64,000 nucleotides of DNA from Candidatus Atribacteria bacterium UBA6251 (GCA_002441285.1 DJVR01000064.1:313-64312); one strand, 5' to 3'; counted from the first letter of the stretch, positions 55,977 to 64,000 are shown. Notes: a model not told the origin generated them from the sequence alone. A program made the numbers and translations.

Positions 55977-57183
55977 TGGAGTTAAAAAAGTATTATTTTC
56001 TTTATTTATATTAGCAATTCCATTTGATAATTATAATATATTTTCACAATTTTCTACTTCTGATATATTTTTAATTTTTTTATTGTTTTTCTTGTTAATA
56101 AATATTCTACTTGGGAAAAGTAAATTTGAATGGAATAATGTAAATACTTTATTAATAATATTATTATTTTGGTTTATTTTGTCTTTTTTTAATTCAGAAA
56201 ATTTGGATATATCTTTACGTACATTAATAACAAGTATTATGGTAATCCTTGTAGTTTATATTACTATATATTATAATGATTCACAAAAAGCATTAAGAAA
56301 TATTTATTGGATTATCATAGTTACTGGAATAATTTCAGCTACAACAGGTATATTACAATTTTTATTATATAAAAATCTGGGTATTATATTATGGCATCCA
56401 AGATTTTATTATAGTGATTTAACGAATAGTAGTATTTTTAGAATAACAGGAAGTTATTTCGATCCCAATTATTATACTTTATATTTAATTATTCCAATGA
56501 TATTATCATTAATGATAATTGTTGAAAAGAAATTTTTTACACATCGGGAAAGAATATATGCTTTTTTTTCTTTAATAATAATAACGATACCTTATATTTT
56601 GAGTTTTTCCAGAGCAGGTTGGCTAGTTTTAGCGGTATTCTCTTTTTGCTTTGTTTTTAGAAGATTAAAAATTACAGGAAGATTTTTTTTATTTAGTTTA
56701 GTTATTGTAATTTTAATTACTGGAATAATTCCAAAACTATTTTATAATTTAGTAAATTTTAACTATGAATCGATAATGCAACGTTTTACCATTGCAATTT
56801 ACAGTTTACGAACAATTTTTAGTCATCCAATAAATGGCATTGGTTTAGGAGTAAGGATTTTCAATCCATATACTGGATATAGGATGGAAACACATAATAC
56901 ATTTCTCCAAGTAGGGACATATGCGGGTCTTTTTGCTTTAATTGTTTTTATCGCAATCGTAATATATATTTTTTATTGCGGAAGTAAAACTTATAAAAAA
57001 ATAAAAGGCACACAAGATGGAGTAATTTTAGAGGGATATATATGGGCATTTAGTAGCTGTCTTCTGGGAATGTTAACCTTGAATGGATTGTTTTTGAAAC
57101 ACTTTTGGGTACTTAGCGGTTTAGTAATGTCTTATTATTTACTAATTGGGAAAGGCAAGTATAATATTGAAAGTATTAAATGA
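55966..57183 (+). CDS. wzy: O-antigen polymerase (Wzy)/O-antigen ligase-like membrane protein
   Basis: About 10-11 TM helices, a SRAGWLVL loop and ETHNTFLQVGTYAGLFAL (Wzy_C-type). Confidence 0.75.
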   Translation: MKINGVKKVLFSLFILAIPFDNYNIFSQFSTSDIFLIFLLFFLLINILLGKSKFEWNNVNTLLIILLFWFILSFFNSENLDISLRTLITSIMVILVVYITIYYNDSQKALRNIYWIIIVTGIISATTGILQFLLYKNLGIILWHPRFYYSDLTNSSIFRITGSYFDPNYYTLYLIIPMILSLMIIVEKKFFTHRERIYAFFSLIIITIPYILSFSRAGWLVLAVFSFCFVFRRLKITGRFFLFSLVIVILITGIIPKLFYNLVNFNYESIMQRFTIAIYSLRTIFSHPINGIGLGVRIFNPYTGYRMETHNTFLQVGTYAGLFALIVFIAIVIYIFYCGSKTYKKIKGTQDGVILEGYIWAFSSCLLGMLTLNGLFLKHFWVLSGLVMSYYLLIGKGKYNIESIK

Positions 57184-58357
57184 TAAATTAATAAATATTC
57201 TTTATTTTGAAAATGTTGCTATTTTAGGTGGAGCAGCAATTGTTTTAAGGAATCTTATAAAAGAAATTAAAAAAGAAGAGGGAATAAATCTTATTGTAGT
57301 TTGTCCGGAAGGAGAATTAGCAAAAGCCTTTAGAGAAGATGGTATAAAAGTTGAGGTTGTTAATTCTAAAAGAATTGTAAAAACTTTAAACCCTTTAAAA
57401 TTGCTATTTTATTTTTATAATTTTTTACAAGTAAATTTGAAGCTAATAAAAATAATCCGAAAATACAATATTGATATTTTACATTCCAATTCTTTGGGAG
57501 CACATATTTATAGTTTTTTTGCTGCAAAAATATCAGGTATTCCTAATATTTGGCATTTACACGATATTTTAAAAAAAAGAATATCTAACCAATTATTATG
57601 TGTTTTTTTAAGTAAGATGGCTACCCAAATTATTGTTGTTTCTTGTGCTGTTAAAAAATCTTTAGTCAATTTTGGTATTAATTCGAATAAGATAAAAGTT
57701 ATTTATAATGGATTAGATTTAAAATTTTGGAAATCGCACGTTTATACTCAAAATTATTTGTTAAGAGAATTCAATATAGATAAAAATAATTTTATTAAAA
57801 TAGGAATTATTGGGCAATTAACTAAATGGAAAGGGCAAGATGTTTTTTTAGATTCTGTAACAAATTTAATAAGAATAGGAAATACTAACCTAAAGTTTTT
57901 TATCATAGGTGATGAACTTTTTAAAGAGGAAAATGAATATAAAAATAGCCTTTATAAACAAGTTCAGGTTAATCATATTGGGGATTATGTAATATTTACA
58001 GGCTGGAGAAATGACATACCAAATATTATGGCTTTTTTAGATATTGTTATTGTTTGTTCTTGCTATCCTGATTCTTTACCGACAGTTGTATTAGAGGCAA
58101 TGGCGATGGGTAAAGTTGTGATTGGTACAAATATTGGAGGTATACCAGAAATGATATTAAATGATGAAACTGGGATATTAATACCGCCAAACGATCCAAA
58201 AGCTTTGGCAAAAGCCATTTTAGGTTTAATTAACCAACCTGATAAAATCAAAGAAATGGGATTTAAATCAAGAGAAAGATTAAAATCAAATTTTACAATA
58301 GAAAAAAATGTTGAGATGGTTAAAGATTTATATCAAGAAATACTAAAAAAACAATAA
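57146..58357 (+). CDS. Family 4 (GT-B) glycosyltransferase
   Basis: SLPTVVLEAMAMGKVVIGTNIGGIPE. The TTG at 57167 (MKVLNDKLINILY...) is a plausible alternative start. Confidence 0.85.
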   Translation: MGKASIILKVLNDKLINILYFENVAILGGAAIVLRNLIKEIKKEEGINLIVVCPEGELAKAFREDGIKVEVVNSKRIVKTLNPLKLLFYFYNFLQVNLKLIKIIRKYNIDILHSNSLGAHIYSFFAAKISGIPNIWHLHDILKKRISNQLLCVFLSKMATQIIVVSCAVKKSLVNFGINSNKIKVIYNGLDLKFWKSHVYTQNYLLREFNIDKNNFIKIGIIGQLTKWKGQDVFLDSVTNLIRIGNTNLKFFIIGDELFKEENEYKNSLYKQVQVNHIGDYVIFTGWRNDIPNIMAFLDIVIVCSCYPDSLPTVVLEAMAMGKVVIGTNIGGIPEMILNDETGILIPPNDPKALAKAILGLINQPDKIKEMGFKSRERLKSNFTIEKNVEMVKDLYQEILKKQ

Positions 58358-58410
58358 TAATTTTTATAAGTATAAGTTATAAAAAAAGACAAATATAAAG
58401 GAACATAATT

Positions 58411-59568
58411 ATGCGTATAGCAATTGACCTTACTTCGCTTCCTACCCAACTGGTGGGAGTTGGGAGTTATGCAAAAAACCTTATTACTTCACTAAAAAAA
58501 TTTGATACAGAAAATCAATATTTTATTTTTGTAAAGAGAGAACATTCTAATGTTTTTAGCATAAATCAAAATAACATAAATATTATTTATCAAAAAAATA
58601 TACTAAGAAATAAAATATTAAGAGTTTTATGGGAACAAATTATTTTACCACTTTATATTAAGAGGTTAAAGATTGATCTCTTACATTCAATTCATTATAC
58701 TATTCCTTTATTTGCAGGATGTAAAGTAGTAGCAACTTTTCATGATATGACTTTCTTTCTTTATCCCCAAAAACATATTTTTATAAAAAGGATATTTTTT
58801 AAGTTGTTTATTCGCATTTCTAGTTGGAAGGCGAATAGAATAATTGCTGTTTCAGAAAGTACAAAAAAGGATATAATTAAATTTTTAGGTGTTAGTAATA
58901 AGATAGATGTAGTTTATGAAGCCGTAGATTCTAAATACCATCCCTTTAAGAATGAATCTATGGCTTCAATTATTATGAGGAAATATGGAATTTTTAATAA
59001 ATTTATTCTTTACGTAGGTACTCTTGAGCCTCGAAAAAATATAGTACGATTGATTCAAGCCTATTATAATTTAATTTTTAAAAATAATATAACTCACCAA
59101 TTAGTTATTGTTGGGAAAAAAGGATGGTATTATCAAGAAATATTCAAAATCGTAGACGAATTAGGTTTAAACAAAGAAAAACAAAGAGTAATTTTCACAG
59201 GATATGTACCAGATGATGAATTACTATTTTTGTATAATGCAGCAGATTTTTTTGTATATCCGTCTTTATATGAAGGATTTGGGATTCCCCCCTTAGAAGC
59301 CTTGGCATGTGGAGTTCCTGTTATTTCTTCAAATATATCTTCTCTACCAGAAGTTATAGGAGATGCAGGTATGCTTATAGACCCATATAATGTTCAGGAA
59401 ATAAGTCAAGCGATGTTCGAAATGTTAAAAAATCATAAAAAGAAAGTACAATTTAAGATTAAAGGTTTAAAAAGAGCAGAAAAATTTTCAAATGAAAAAA
59501 TAGCAGAGGGAACAATTAAAGTATATAAAAAGACGATGCAAGAAGGTAATAAATTATATGAAACATAG
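58411..59568 (+). CDS. Family 4 (GT-B) glycosyltransferase
   Basis: YEGFGIPPLEALACGVPVISSNISSLPEV. Confidence 0.85.
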   Translation: MRIAIDLTSLPTQLVGVGSYAKNLITSLKKFDTENQYFIFVKREHSNVFSINQNNINIIYQKNILRNKILRVLWEQIILPLYIKRLKIDLLHSIHYTIPLFAGCKVVATFHDMTFFLYPQKHIFIKRIFFKLFIRISSWKANRIIAVSESTKKDIIKFLGVSNKIDVVYEAVDSKYHPFKNESMASIIMRKYGIFNKFILYVGTLEPRKNIVRLIQAYYNLIFKNNITHQLVIVGKKGWYYQEIFKIVDELGLNKEKQRVIFTGYVPDDELLFLYNAADFFVYPSLYEGFGIPPLEALACGVPVISSNISSLPEVIGDAGMLIDPYNVQEISQAMFEMLKNHKKKVQFKIKGLKRAEKFSNEKIAEGTIKVYKKTMQEGNKLYET

Positions 59569-60343
59569 TATTGATATTTCAATTGCTATAGTAACTTATA
59601 ATAATAGTAAAATTATAAAAAAATGCTTAAATAGCATATTTAAAAATATAAATAATACTAATTTTGAAATAATCATTGTTGATAATGGTTCCTCTGATAA
59701 TACTGTTGAAATTATAGAAAATAATTTTAAAAATATAAAATTAATACAAAACAATAAAAATATTGGATTTGGTGCTGCTCATAATATAGCTATTAAACTA
59801 GGGAGAGGGAAGTATCATTTAGTTCTAAATCCTGATGTTATTTTTACAGAAAACTCTGTTGAAAAACTTGTTAATTTTATGGAAGAAAATCTAGATGTTG
59901 GATTAGTGTCTCCAAAAATAGTATATCCTGATGGAACAACGCAATATTTATGCAAGAGATTACCCTGTCTTTTTGATTTAGCTATAAGAAGATTTACTCC
60001 AAGATTTATCCAAAACTTATTTAAAAAAAGAATAGATTACTTTGAAATGAGAGAAACAGGTTATAATAAAATTATGGAAGTACCATACTTATCTGGTTCG
60101 ATTATGTTATTTAGAAAAAATATATTAGCAAAAATCGGTGGTTTTGATGAAGATTATTTTATGTATTTTGAAGATGCGGATATAACGCGAAAAATTAGCG
60201 AGATCTCAAGAGCAGTATTTTATCCGCATACAAGTGTAATTCATTTATGGCAACGTGATTCACACAAAAATATTAAATTATTTTTTGTTAGTCTTATATC
60301 CACTATTAAATATTTCAATAAATGGGGATGGAAAATAGTTTAA
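59558..60343 (+). CDS. Family 2 glycosyltransferase
   Basis: ISIAIVTYNN...IIIVDNGSSDNT...FMYFEDAD. Confidence 0.85.
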   Translation: MKHSIDISIAIVTYNNSKIIKKCLNSIFKNINNTNFEIIIVDNGSSDNTVEIIENNFKNIKLIQNNKNIGFGAAHNIAIKLGRGKYHLVLNPDVIFTENSVEKLVNFMEENLDVGLVSPKIVYPDGTTQYLCKRLPCLFDLAIRRFTPRFIQNLFKKRIDYFEMRETGYNKIMEVPYLSGSIMLFRKNILAKIGGFDEDYFMYFEDADITRKISEISRAVFYPHTSVIHLWQRDSHKNIKLFFVSLISTIKYFNKWGWKIV

Positions 60344-60422
60344 AGAATTATAGAATTAAAATAATTTTAGTATAGGAAATTTTTAATAGAATAATTTTAA
60401 AAAGTAGAAGGATGAAAAGTAT

Positions 60423-61107
60423 ATGGTATTTTTAATTTTTATAGTATCATTCATAGTTAGTTTTGCGGGATTTCCCATAGTTATACCTCGACTTAAGAGT
60501 GCGGGAATTGTAGGCAAGAATATGAATAGCGAGAAAGAGGAAGAGATTGCAGAGATGGGTGGATTGCTGATAGCAGCTGGTGTTGGTGCCTCTGGGAATT
60601 ACCGGGGCAGCTAATGCCGTTAATATACTGGCCGGTTTTAATGGCCTGGAAGTTGGCATGGGAATGGTAGCGGTTGGGTCATTGGCTGTTATTGCTTATT
60701 TGATTGGGCAGACCACTGCTCTTATAATTTTAATGGCAGCTTTGGGAGCATTGGTGGCAACTCTACATTATAATTGGTATCCGGCCAGGATTTTGGTGGG
60801 AGATGTAGGAACTTTAAGTATTGGGGCGGTTATTGCCTGTGCGGTGATTGTGGGAAATTATGAGACGGCTGGAGTTATTATTATAATACCTTATGTGGTG
60901 GATTTTTTAATTAAGGCGAGAAATCGTTTTCCCTATAGTTTTGGGATTTGTAGAGAGGGGAAATTGTATTGCCCGGATAGCGGTCCGGTAGGATTAGCAC
61001 AATTAATTATGAAGGTGTGTGGCGGAATCAGCTAGCGTAATCTGGTGTTGGTGTTGATGGGGATTGAGGCAGTTTTTGGAGTAGTGGCGATATTGCTTTA
61101 TGTATAG
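60423..61107 (+). pseudogene. Decayed WecA/MraY-superfamily (archaeal/eukaryote-like GT4) initiating phosphoglycosyl transferase
   Basis: N-terminal piece 60423..60614 (..KNMNSEKEEEIAEMGGLLIAAG..). Frameshift into 60580..61035 (AANAVNILAGFNGLEVG motif). In-frame TAG at 61033-61035, then 23 further sense codons (RNLVLVLMGIEAVFGVVAILLYV) up to 61107. The total of about 228 codons is roughly 100 short of typical family members. Confidence 0.75.
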
Positions 61108-61186
61108 TTAGTCAAGTCTTTAGATGAATTAGAAGAAATATTAGATAAGAATAGTAGAAAATAACTTGTGTTAAAGGAGATAGGAA

Positions 61187-61387
61187 ATGAGTCTTTATGA
61201 TTATGAAGAGTCGAAGAAAATAGCAGCAGAAGGTCAGTTATTTGCATCTTTGATAATGGCAGCCGCCTGGAAAGCTGATACTTTAAAATTTGGCAAACTA
61301 AAATCAGCATTCCCAGAGATTATAAAGGAGTTTGAAAAGAGATATTTCACGGGTGGAGCTTATCACGAGGATAAAAGAGAAGATTAA
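61187..61387 (+). CDS. Small hypothetical protein (66 aa)
   Basis: RBS aaggagatagg followed by ATG. No family recognised. Followed by a half family-B arm at 61397-61418. Confidence 0.35.
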   Translation: MSLYDYEESKKIAAEGQLFASLIMAAAWKADTLKFGKLKSAFPEIIKEFEKRYFTGGAYHEDKRED

Positions 61388-61433
61388 TTTTGGAAAAGAA
61401 AAACGGGGACTACTTTTTAAATCCAAGATGTGT

Positions 61434-61468
61434 TTAGTATTTAGTCGTTAGTATTTAGTATTTAGTGA
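61434..61468. repeat. Heptamer tandem repeat (TAGTATT x5, degenerate)
   Basis: tagtatt|tagtcgt|tagtatt|tagtatt|tagtgag. Contains the 18-mer TAGTCGTTAGTATTTAGT (61442-61459). Confidence 0.8.
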
Positions 61469-61603
61469 GGAAAAGATTATTTAATTTACCAATTGACCGA
61501 TTAAAGATACAAGTTACAAGATAATTCAGTTAGCCTGTTATCCGGTTTACCAGTCTGCCGGTCTACGATTCTGAATAAATTCATATATGTGGGTATAAGT
61601 GTT

Positions 61604-61650
61604 CTGGATTCCCGCTTTCGTAGGAATGAAAAGAAGAGTGCGGGAATGAC
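61604..61650 (-). repeat. Family D element (GTCATTCCCGC ... CATTCCTAC-GAAA-GCGGGAATCC), reverse orientation
   Basis: The reverse complement reads gtcattcccgcactcttcttttcattcctacgaaagcgggaatccag. Confidence 0.65.
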
Positions 61651-61703
61651 AATTAGTTAAGAAGTGATGAAATTAATAACGGGGTATGGGGTGGTGCATA
61701 ATC

Positions 61704-62441
61704 ATGAAGTCTTATATTATAAAAATCGAACTACTTAATTCAGATCCACTAATATGGAGAAGAGTGATCCTACCAGCAGGTGCTACTTTTAACCGGCTTC
61801 ATGAGGTGATTCAGTCGGTGACAAACTTTAAAAGCGGATACCCTGTTGGGGATTATCATCTTTATGAGTTTGATCTAAAAGAAGAGAACATTAGGGTAAC
61901 CAATGATGAAAAGGTATACCAGGAACATCTTCATTTCAAGCAAAATAGAAAAGCATATGAAGAAAGACTGAGGACAATGCCTCCCGACATCGCTGAGTTT
62001 GAGATAGCACATCAAGAAAGCCTTAAAGTTGAAGTACGCAAACCTAAAGGACTGAAGATCGATGAATACATCGAAAAGCATAAAGAGATTATTTACAATT
62101 ACGATTTTGGTGATAATTGGCAGTTCATCGTGAGGCTTGAGGACATTGTAGATGATTATTACTTTGGTTATCCAACATTACTTGATGGGGCAGAGACCGC
62201 GCCGCCAGAAGATGCAGGTGGACTATCTGGATTCTATGAATTCTTGAAAGTTTACCAGGATGAGAAGCATCCAGAGCATAACGAAATTAAGGCATGGGCA
62301 AAAGAGCAGGGTTTCGAAGAATATGATCCTGAAAGGATTAATGATATTATAAAGAACCTTAGCTACAAGAAAACAGAATGGGATAAAATCAATCATAATA
62401 GATATAGGATTATTGAGGATAAGTATCGCAAGAACCATTAG
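61704..62441 (+). CDS. Plasmid pRiA4b ORF-3 family (PRiA4_ORF3) protein
   Basis: YIIKIELLNSDPLIWRRVILPAGATFNRLHEVIQ...HLYEF...YNYDFGDNWQFIVRLE...DGAETAPPEDAGGLSGFYEFL is the family signature. The track start at 61686 is also possible. Confidence 0.85.
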   Translation: MKSYIIKIELLNSDPLIWRRVILPAGATFNRLHEVIQSVTNFKSGYPVGDYHLYEFDLKEENIRVTNDEKVYQEHLHFKQNRKAYEERLRTMPPDIAEFEIAHQESLKVEVRKPKGLKIDEYIEKHKEIIYNYDFGDNWQFIVRLEDIVDDYYFGYPTLLDGAETAPPEDAGGLSGFYEFLKVYQDEKHPEHNEIKAWAKEQGFEEYDPERINDIIKNLSYKKTEWDKINHNRYRIIEDKYRKNH

Positions 62442-62645
62442 GGACGGTTCTGTAAAGTTTATTCAACTATCAGTTTTCGTGACTTTGGTAATTATGATGC
62501 TGTAAAAGGAAAGCTACTCCGTGTTGCATGTGGATTCTATAAACTTTCTGAATACAGTGAATTCTTAGGAGAAGAAATCGCTGTAGATCCAGCTGAGGTC
62601 GCTAAGGCTTATGCCTGTGCAAATCAATGGACTAATGGTCGTTAG
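62442..62645 (+). other. 67 sense codons continuing in-frame after the TAG stop of the PRiA4_ORF3 gene
   Basis: GRFCKVYSTISFRDFGNYDAVKGKLLRVACGFYKLSEYSEFLGEEIAVDPAEVAKAYACANQWTNGR, then TAG. An open stretch this long is unlikely by chance in such AT-rich DNA, so it may be a former C-terminal domain cut off by a nonsense mutation. Confidence 0.45.
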
Positions 62646-62654
62646 TATTTAGTA

Positions 62655-62697
62655 AAATCCCCACCTTAGTCCTCCCCCTGCAAGGGGAAGGAAATAA
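62655..62697 (-). repeat. GC-rich hairpin repeat, copy 2 (reverse complement of 37960-37995)
   Basis: The reverse complement reads ttccttcccc-ttgca-gggggagga-ctaaggtgggga. Directly abuts the GTCGTTAGTATTTAGT 16-mer (62638-62653). Confidence 0.8.
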
Positions 62698-62705
62698 GAA
62701 GTAGA

Positions 62706-62762
62706 CAGGCGAGACGCCTGTCCAACAGATGCTGATGATAACAGGTGAGACGTCTGTTTTAT
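62706..62762. terminator. Two tandem hairpins (GACAGGCG-aga-CGCCTGTC; AACAGGTG-aga-CGTCTGTT followed by TTTTA)
   Basis: Located between the ends of the plus-strand fragment (62645) and the minus-strand wHTH remnant (62769). Confidence 0.55.
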
Positions 62763-62768
62763 TAATTA

Positions 62769-63589
62769 CTAATTTATTTTCAGTTCCTTATCATTTATAT
62801 TTAGCATTACCACTCTTCCCGATACTACTTTAAAGATATCTTTAACTTTTTCTTTATTTGCTTTGTTATTGCCAATTGCATCTAAAATATCTCTTCTGAA
62901 TTTATGTATATGCTGTATTATTCGAGTATAGATAGCATCTTCATCATCTTTTTTCCAAATTTCATCTAATATATTATCATAACTTACTATTTTTTTCTAT
63001 GTTGGGCTAAAAGATAGAGTAGGGAAAACCCTTTGGCGGTAACTTTTATCTCTTGCCCTTGAAAGATGACTCGGTCGGGGCGGTGTCGGTCGATTTCTAA
63101 GATGGTTTTCGGTTGTCGGTTTCTAGTTTTTGGTTTGTTGTTTTTTGTTGGAGATAGGTTAGAGAAGAGATCAAGTTTTTGTTTAATTCTTTTTATTAAT
63201 TTTTCCGGAAGCATATGTTTTAAGTCTTCCTCTGACAATTGCCTTAAACATTCTTCGTTGGTGAAACCTTCTCTTACTAAGATTCTTATATAATTCCTAT
63301 TTAATCCTCTTATATATAGTTACGCTAATTCTAAACCTTCTTCTTCTACACCTATATCTAATCTTTTAGAAAGTATTTTAATTTTTTCTAAACCCTTGGG
63401 ATTGTCTTTAGCCCAACCTATGCTCTCCACAACTGCTGCTAAGCTATCTGCTAACCAGGAAAAGCTCTTTCCTAATCTCTGGATAGAATTAGCCTGAAGG
63501 CCATATTTTTGTTGAATGCTTTTAATTTCTCTATTTTCTATCCAATCATAAAGAGAAGAGATAGCTGAGAAAATAAAATTGCTAAGAAA
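62769..63589 (-). pseudogene. Remnant of a Hel308/Ski2-like helicase C-terminus fused to an OmpR/PhoB-type winged-helix domain
   Basis: The minus frame is open from 63589 with no start codon. Hel308-like segment: IQQKYGLQANSIQRLGKSFSWLADSLAAVVESIGWA...ILSKRLDIGVEEEGLELA. Then an in-frame TAA (63320-63322) followed by LYIRGLNRNYIRILVREGFTNEECLRQL (HhH-like). Next VIFQGQEIKVTAKGFSLLYLLAQHRKK and a -1 shift at the A7 run (62990-62996). Finally IVSYDNILDEIWKKDDEDAIYTRIIQHIHKFRRDI...VVSGRVVML (trans_reg_C-like), with the stop at 62769-62771. Confidence 0.6.
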
Positions 63590-64000
63590 TCATGGACGGA
63601 TAAGCAAGAAATATGAGCATGAAATAGAGGGTTACAGTAGTAGATTGGATAATTTGCAGGCAGCAATATTAAGAGTTAAGTTAAGGCATTTAAATAAGTG
63701 GAATGAGAGTCGAAGAAGAAATGCTAAAAAATATAATGAATTATTAAATAATATAGACGGGATTATTACTCCTTATGAAGCTGATTATGCTAAACATGTC
63801 TATCACTTGTATGTTATAAGGACAGATAAAGGGCGAGATAAGCTAAGAGAAGAACTTAAGTCCAAGGGTGTAGCTACCGGAATACATTATCCCATTCCTC
63901 TACATCTACAGCCTGCTTATAAATATTAGGGACATAAAAGAGGAGATTTTCCTGTTACCGAAGAGTGCAGCCAAAAGATTTTGTCTCTGCCAATGTTTGC
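63552..64000 (+). pseudogene. 5'-truncated DegT/DnrJ/EryC1/StrS-family aminotransferase fragment with in-frame TAG, running off the window
   Basis: Only the C-terminal third is present ([35 protein letters not shown]...HVYHLYVIR...[16 protein letters not shown]). TAG at 63927-63929 is followed by GHKRGDFPVTEECSQKILSLPMF, which matches the family C-terminus. Confidence 0.8.

Noticed and set aside
60423-64000. Genome-wide reassignment of TAG as a sense codon.
   Set aside because: TAG terminates about ten intact, normal-length genes in this window. Examples are the ends at 16355, 22935, 24548, 39329, 40258, 51882, 52386, 53289 and 59568, and the lptD-like gene at 18485. TAG is therefore a genuine stop. 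The interrupted genes also carry frameshifts, truncations and a TAA.
1-64000. Insertion sequences, integrases, prophage, tRNA or rRNA genes.
   Set aside because: No transposase, integrase or phage structural motifs appear in any listed ORF, and I could not identify tRNA- or rRNA-like sequence by eye. The only mobile-element-associated gene is the PRiA4_ORF3-family passenger.

Overview
AT-rich chromosomal segment from a diderm bacterium. The SLH-anchored OmpM-type porin suggests a Terrabacteria-type envelope, but the phylum cannot be assigned from sequence alone. No rRNA, tRNA, CRISPR array, transposase or integrase was recognised.

Layout:
(1) 1-22 kb, outer-membrane biogenesis. tamB (5' end off-window), bamA, skp-like, fabZ, lptB, a coiled-coil membrane protein and an SLH/OmpM-like porin. 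Then an lptC-like gene, an MNT antitoxin with a decayed HEPN toxin, an lptA-like gene, a lipoprotein, and convergent lptD-like and lptF/G genes. Two secreted clan-CD cysteine peptidases (C14 caspase-like, C11 clostripain-like) flanking a small lipoprotein interrupt this block.
(2) 22-31 kb. Two TPR proteins, an ECF sigma factor, an anti-sigma factor with a CBM48-like domain, a secreted helical protein, a 24-Cys acidic lipoprotein and two DUF1223-like CxxC lipoproteins.
(3) 31-61 kb, a large surface-polysaccharide locus. Two Wzy_C-TPR fusion genes (one frameshifted), an AAA ATPase, wzz, vapBC, a third DUF1223-like gene, a phosphohexomutase and a GGDEF protein. Then an EPS-type MarR regulator, ugd, wzx, a methyltransferase, rfbACDB split by a four-helix-bundle gene, GT2/GT4 genes, wzy and a dead wecA-like gene.
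(4) 61-64 kb, a decayed junction. A PRiA4_ORF3-family gene plus Hel308-like/wHTH and DegT-like remnants.

Most interesting signals:
- An identical ECF-type promoter core (TGTAACTTTTCT-N10-CGTA) lies in front of both the anti-sigma gene and the Cys-rich lipoprotein cluster. The second copy is followed by a GC-rich three-way-junction leader RNA.
- An operator palindrome (AAGTTCA-N5-TGAACATT) sits at two promoters flanking the EPS regulator.
- Several conserved hairpin and short tandem repeat families are present. These include sequence-conserved terminators abutting stop codons and elements inserted in-frame into ugd and rfbB.
- Repeat modules bracket the polysaccharide locus.
- A paired clan-CD peptidase island sits within the envelope-biogenesis block.
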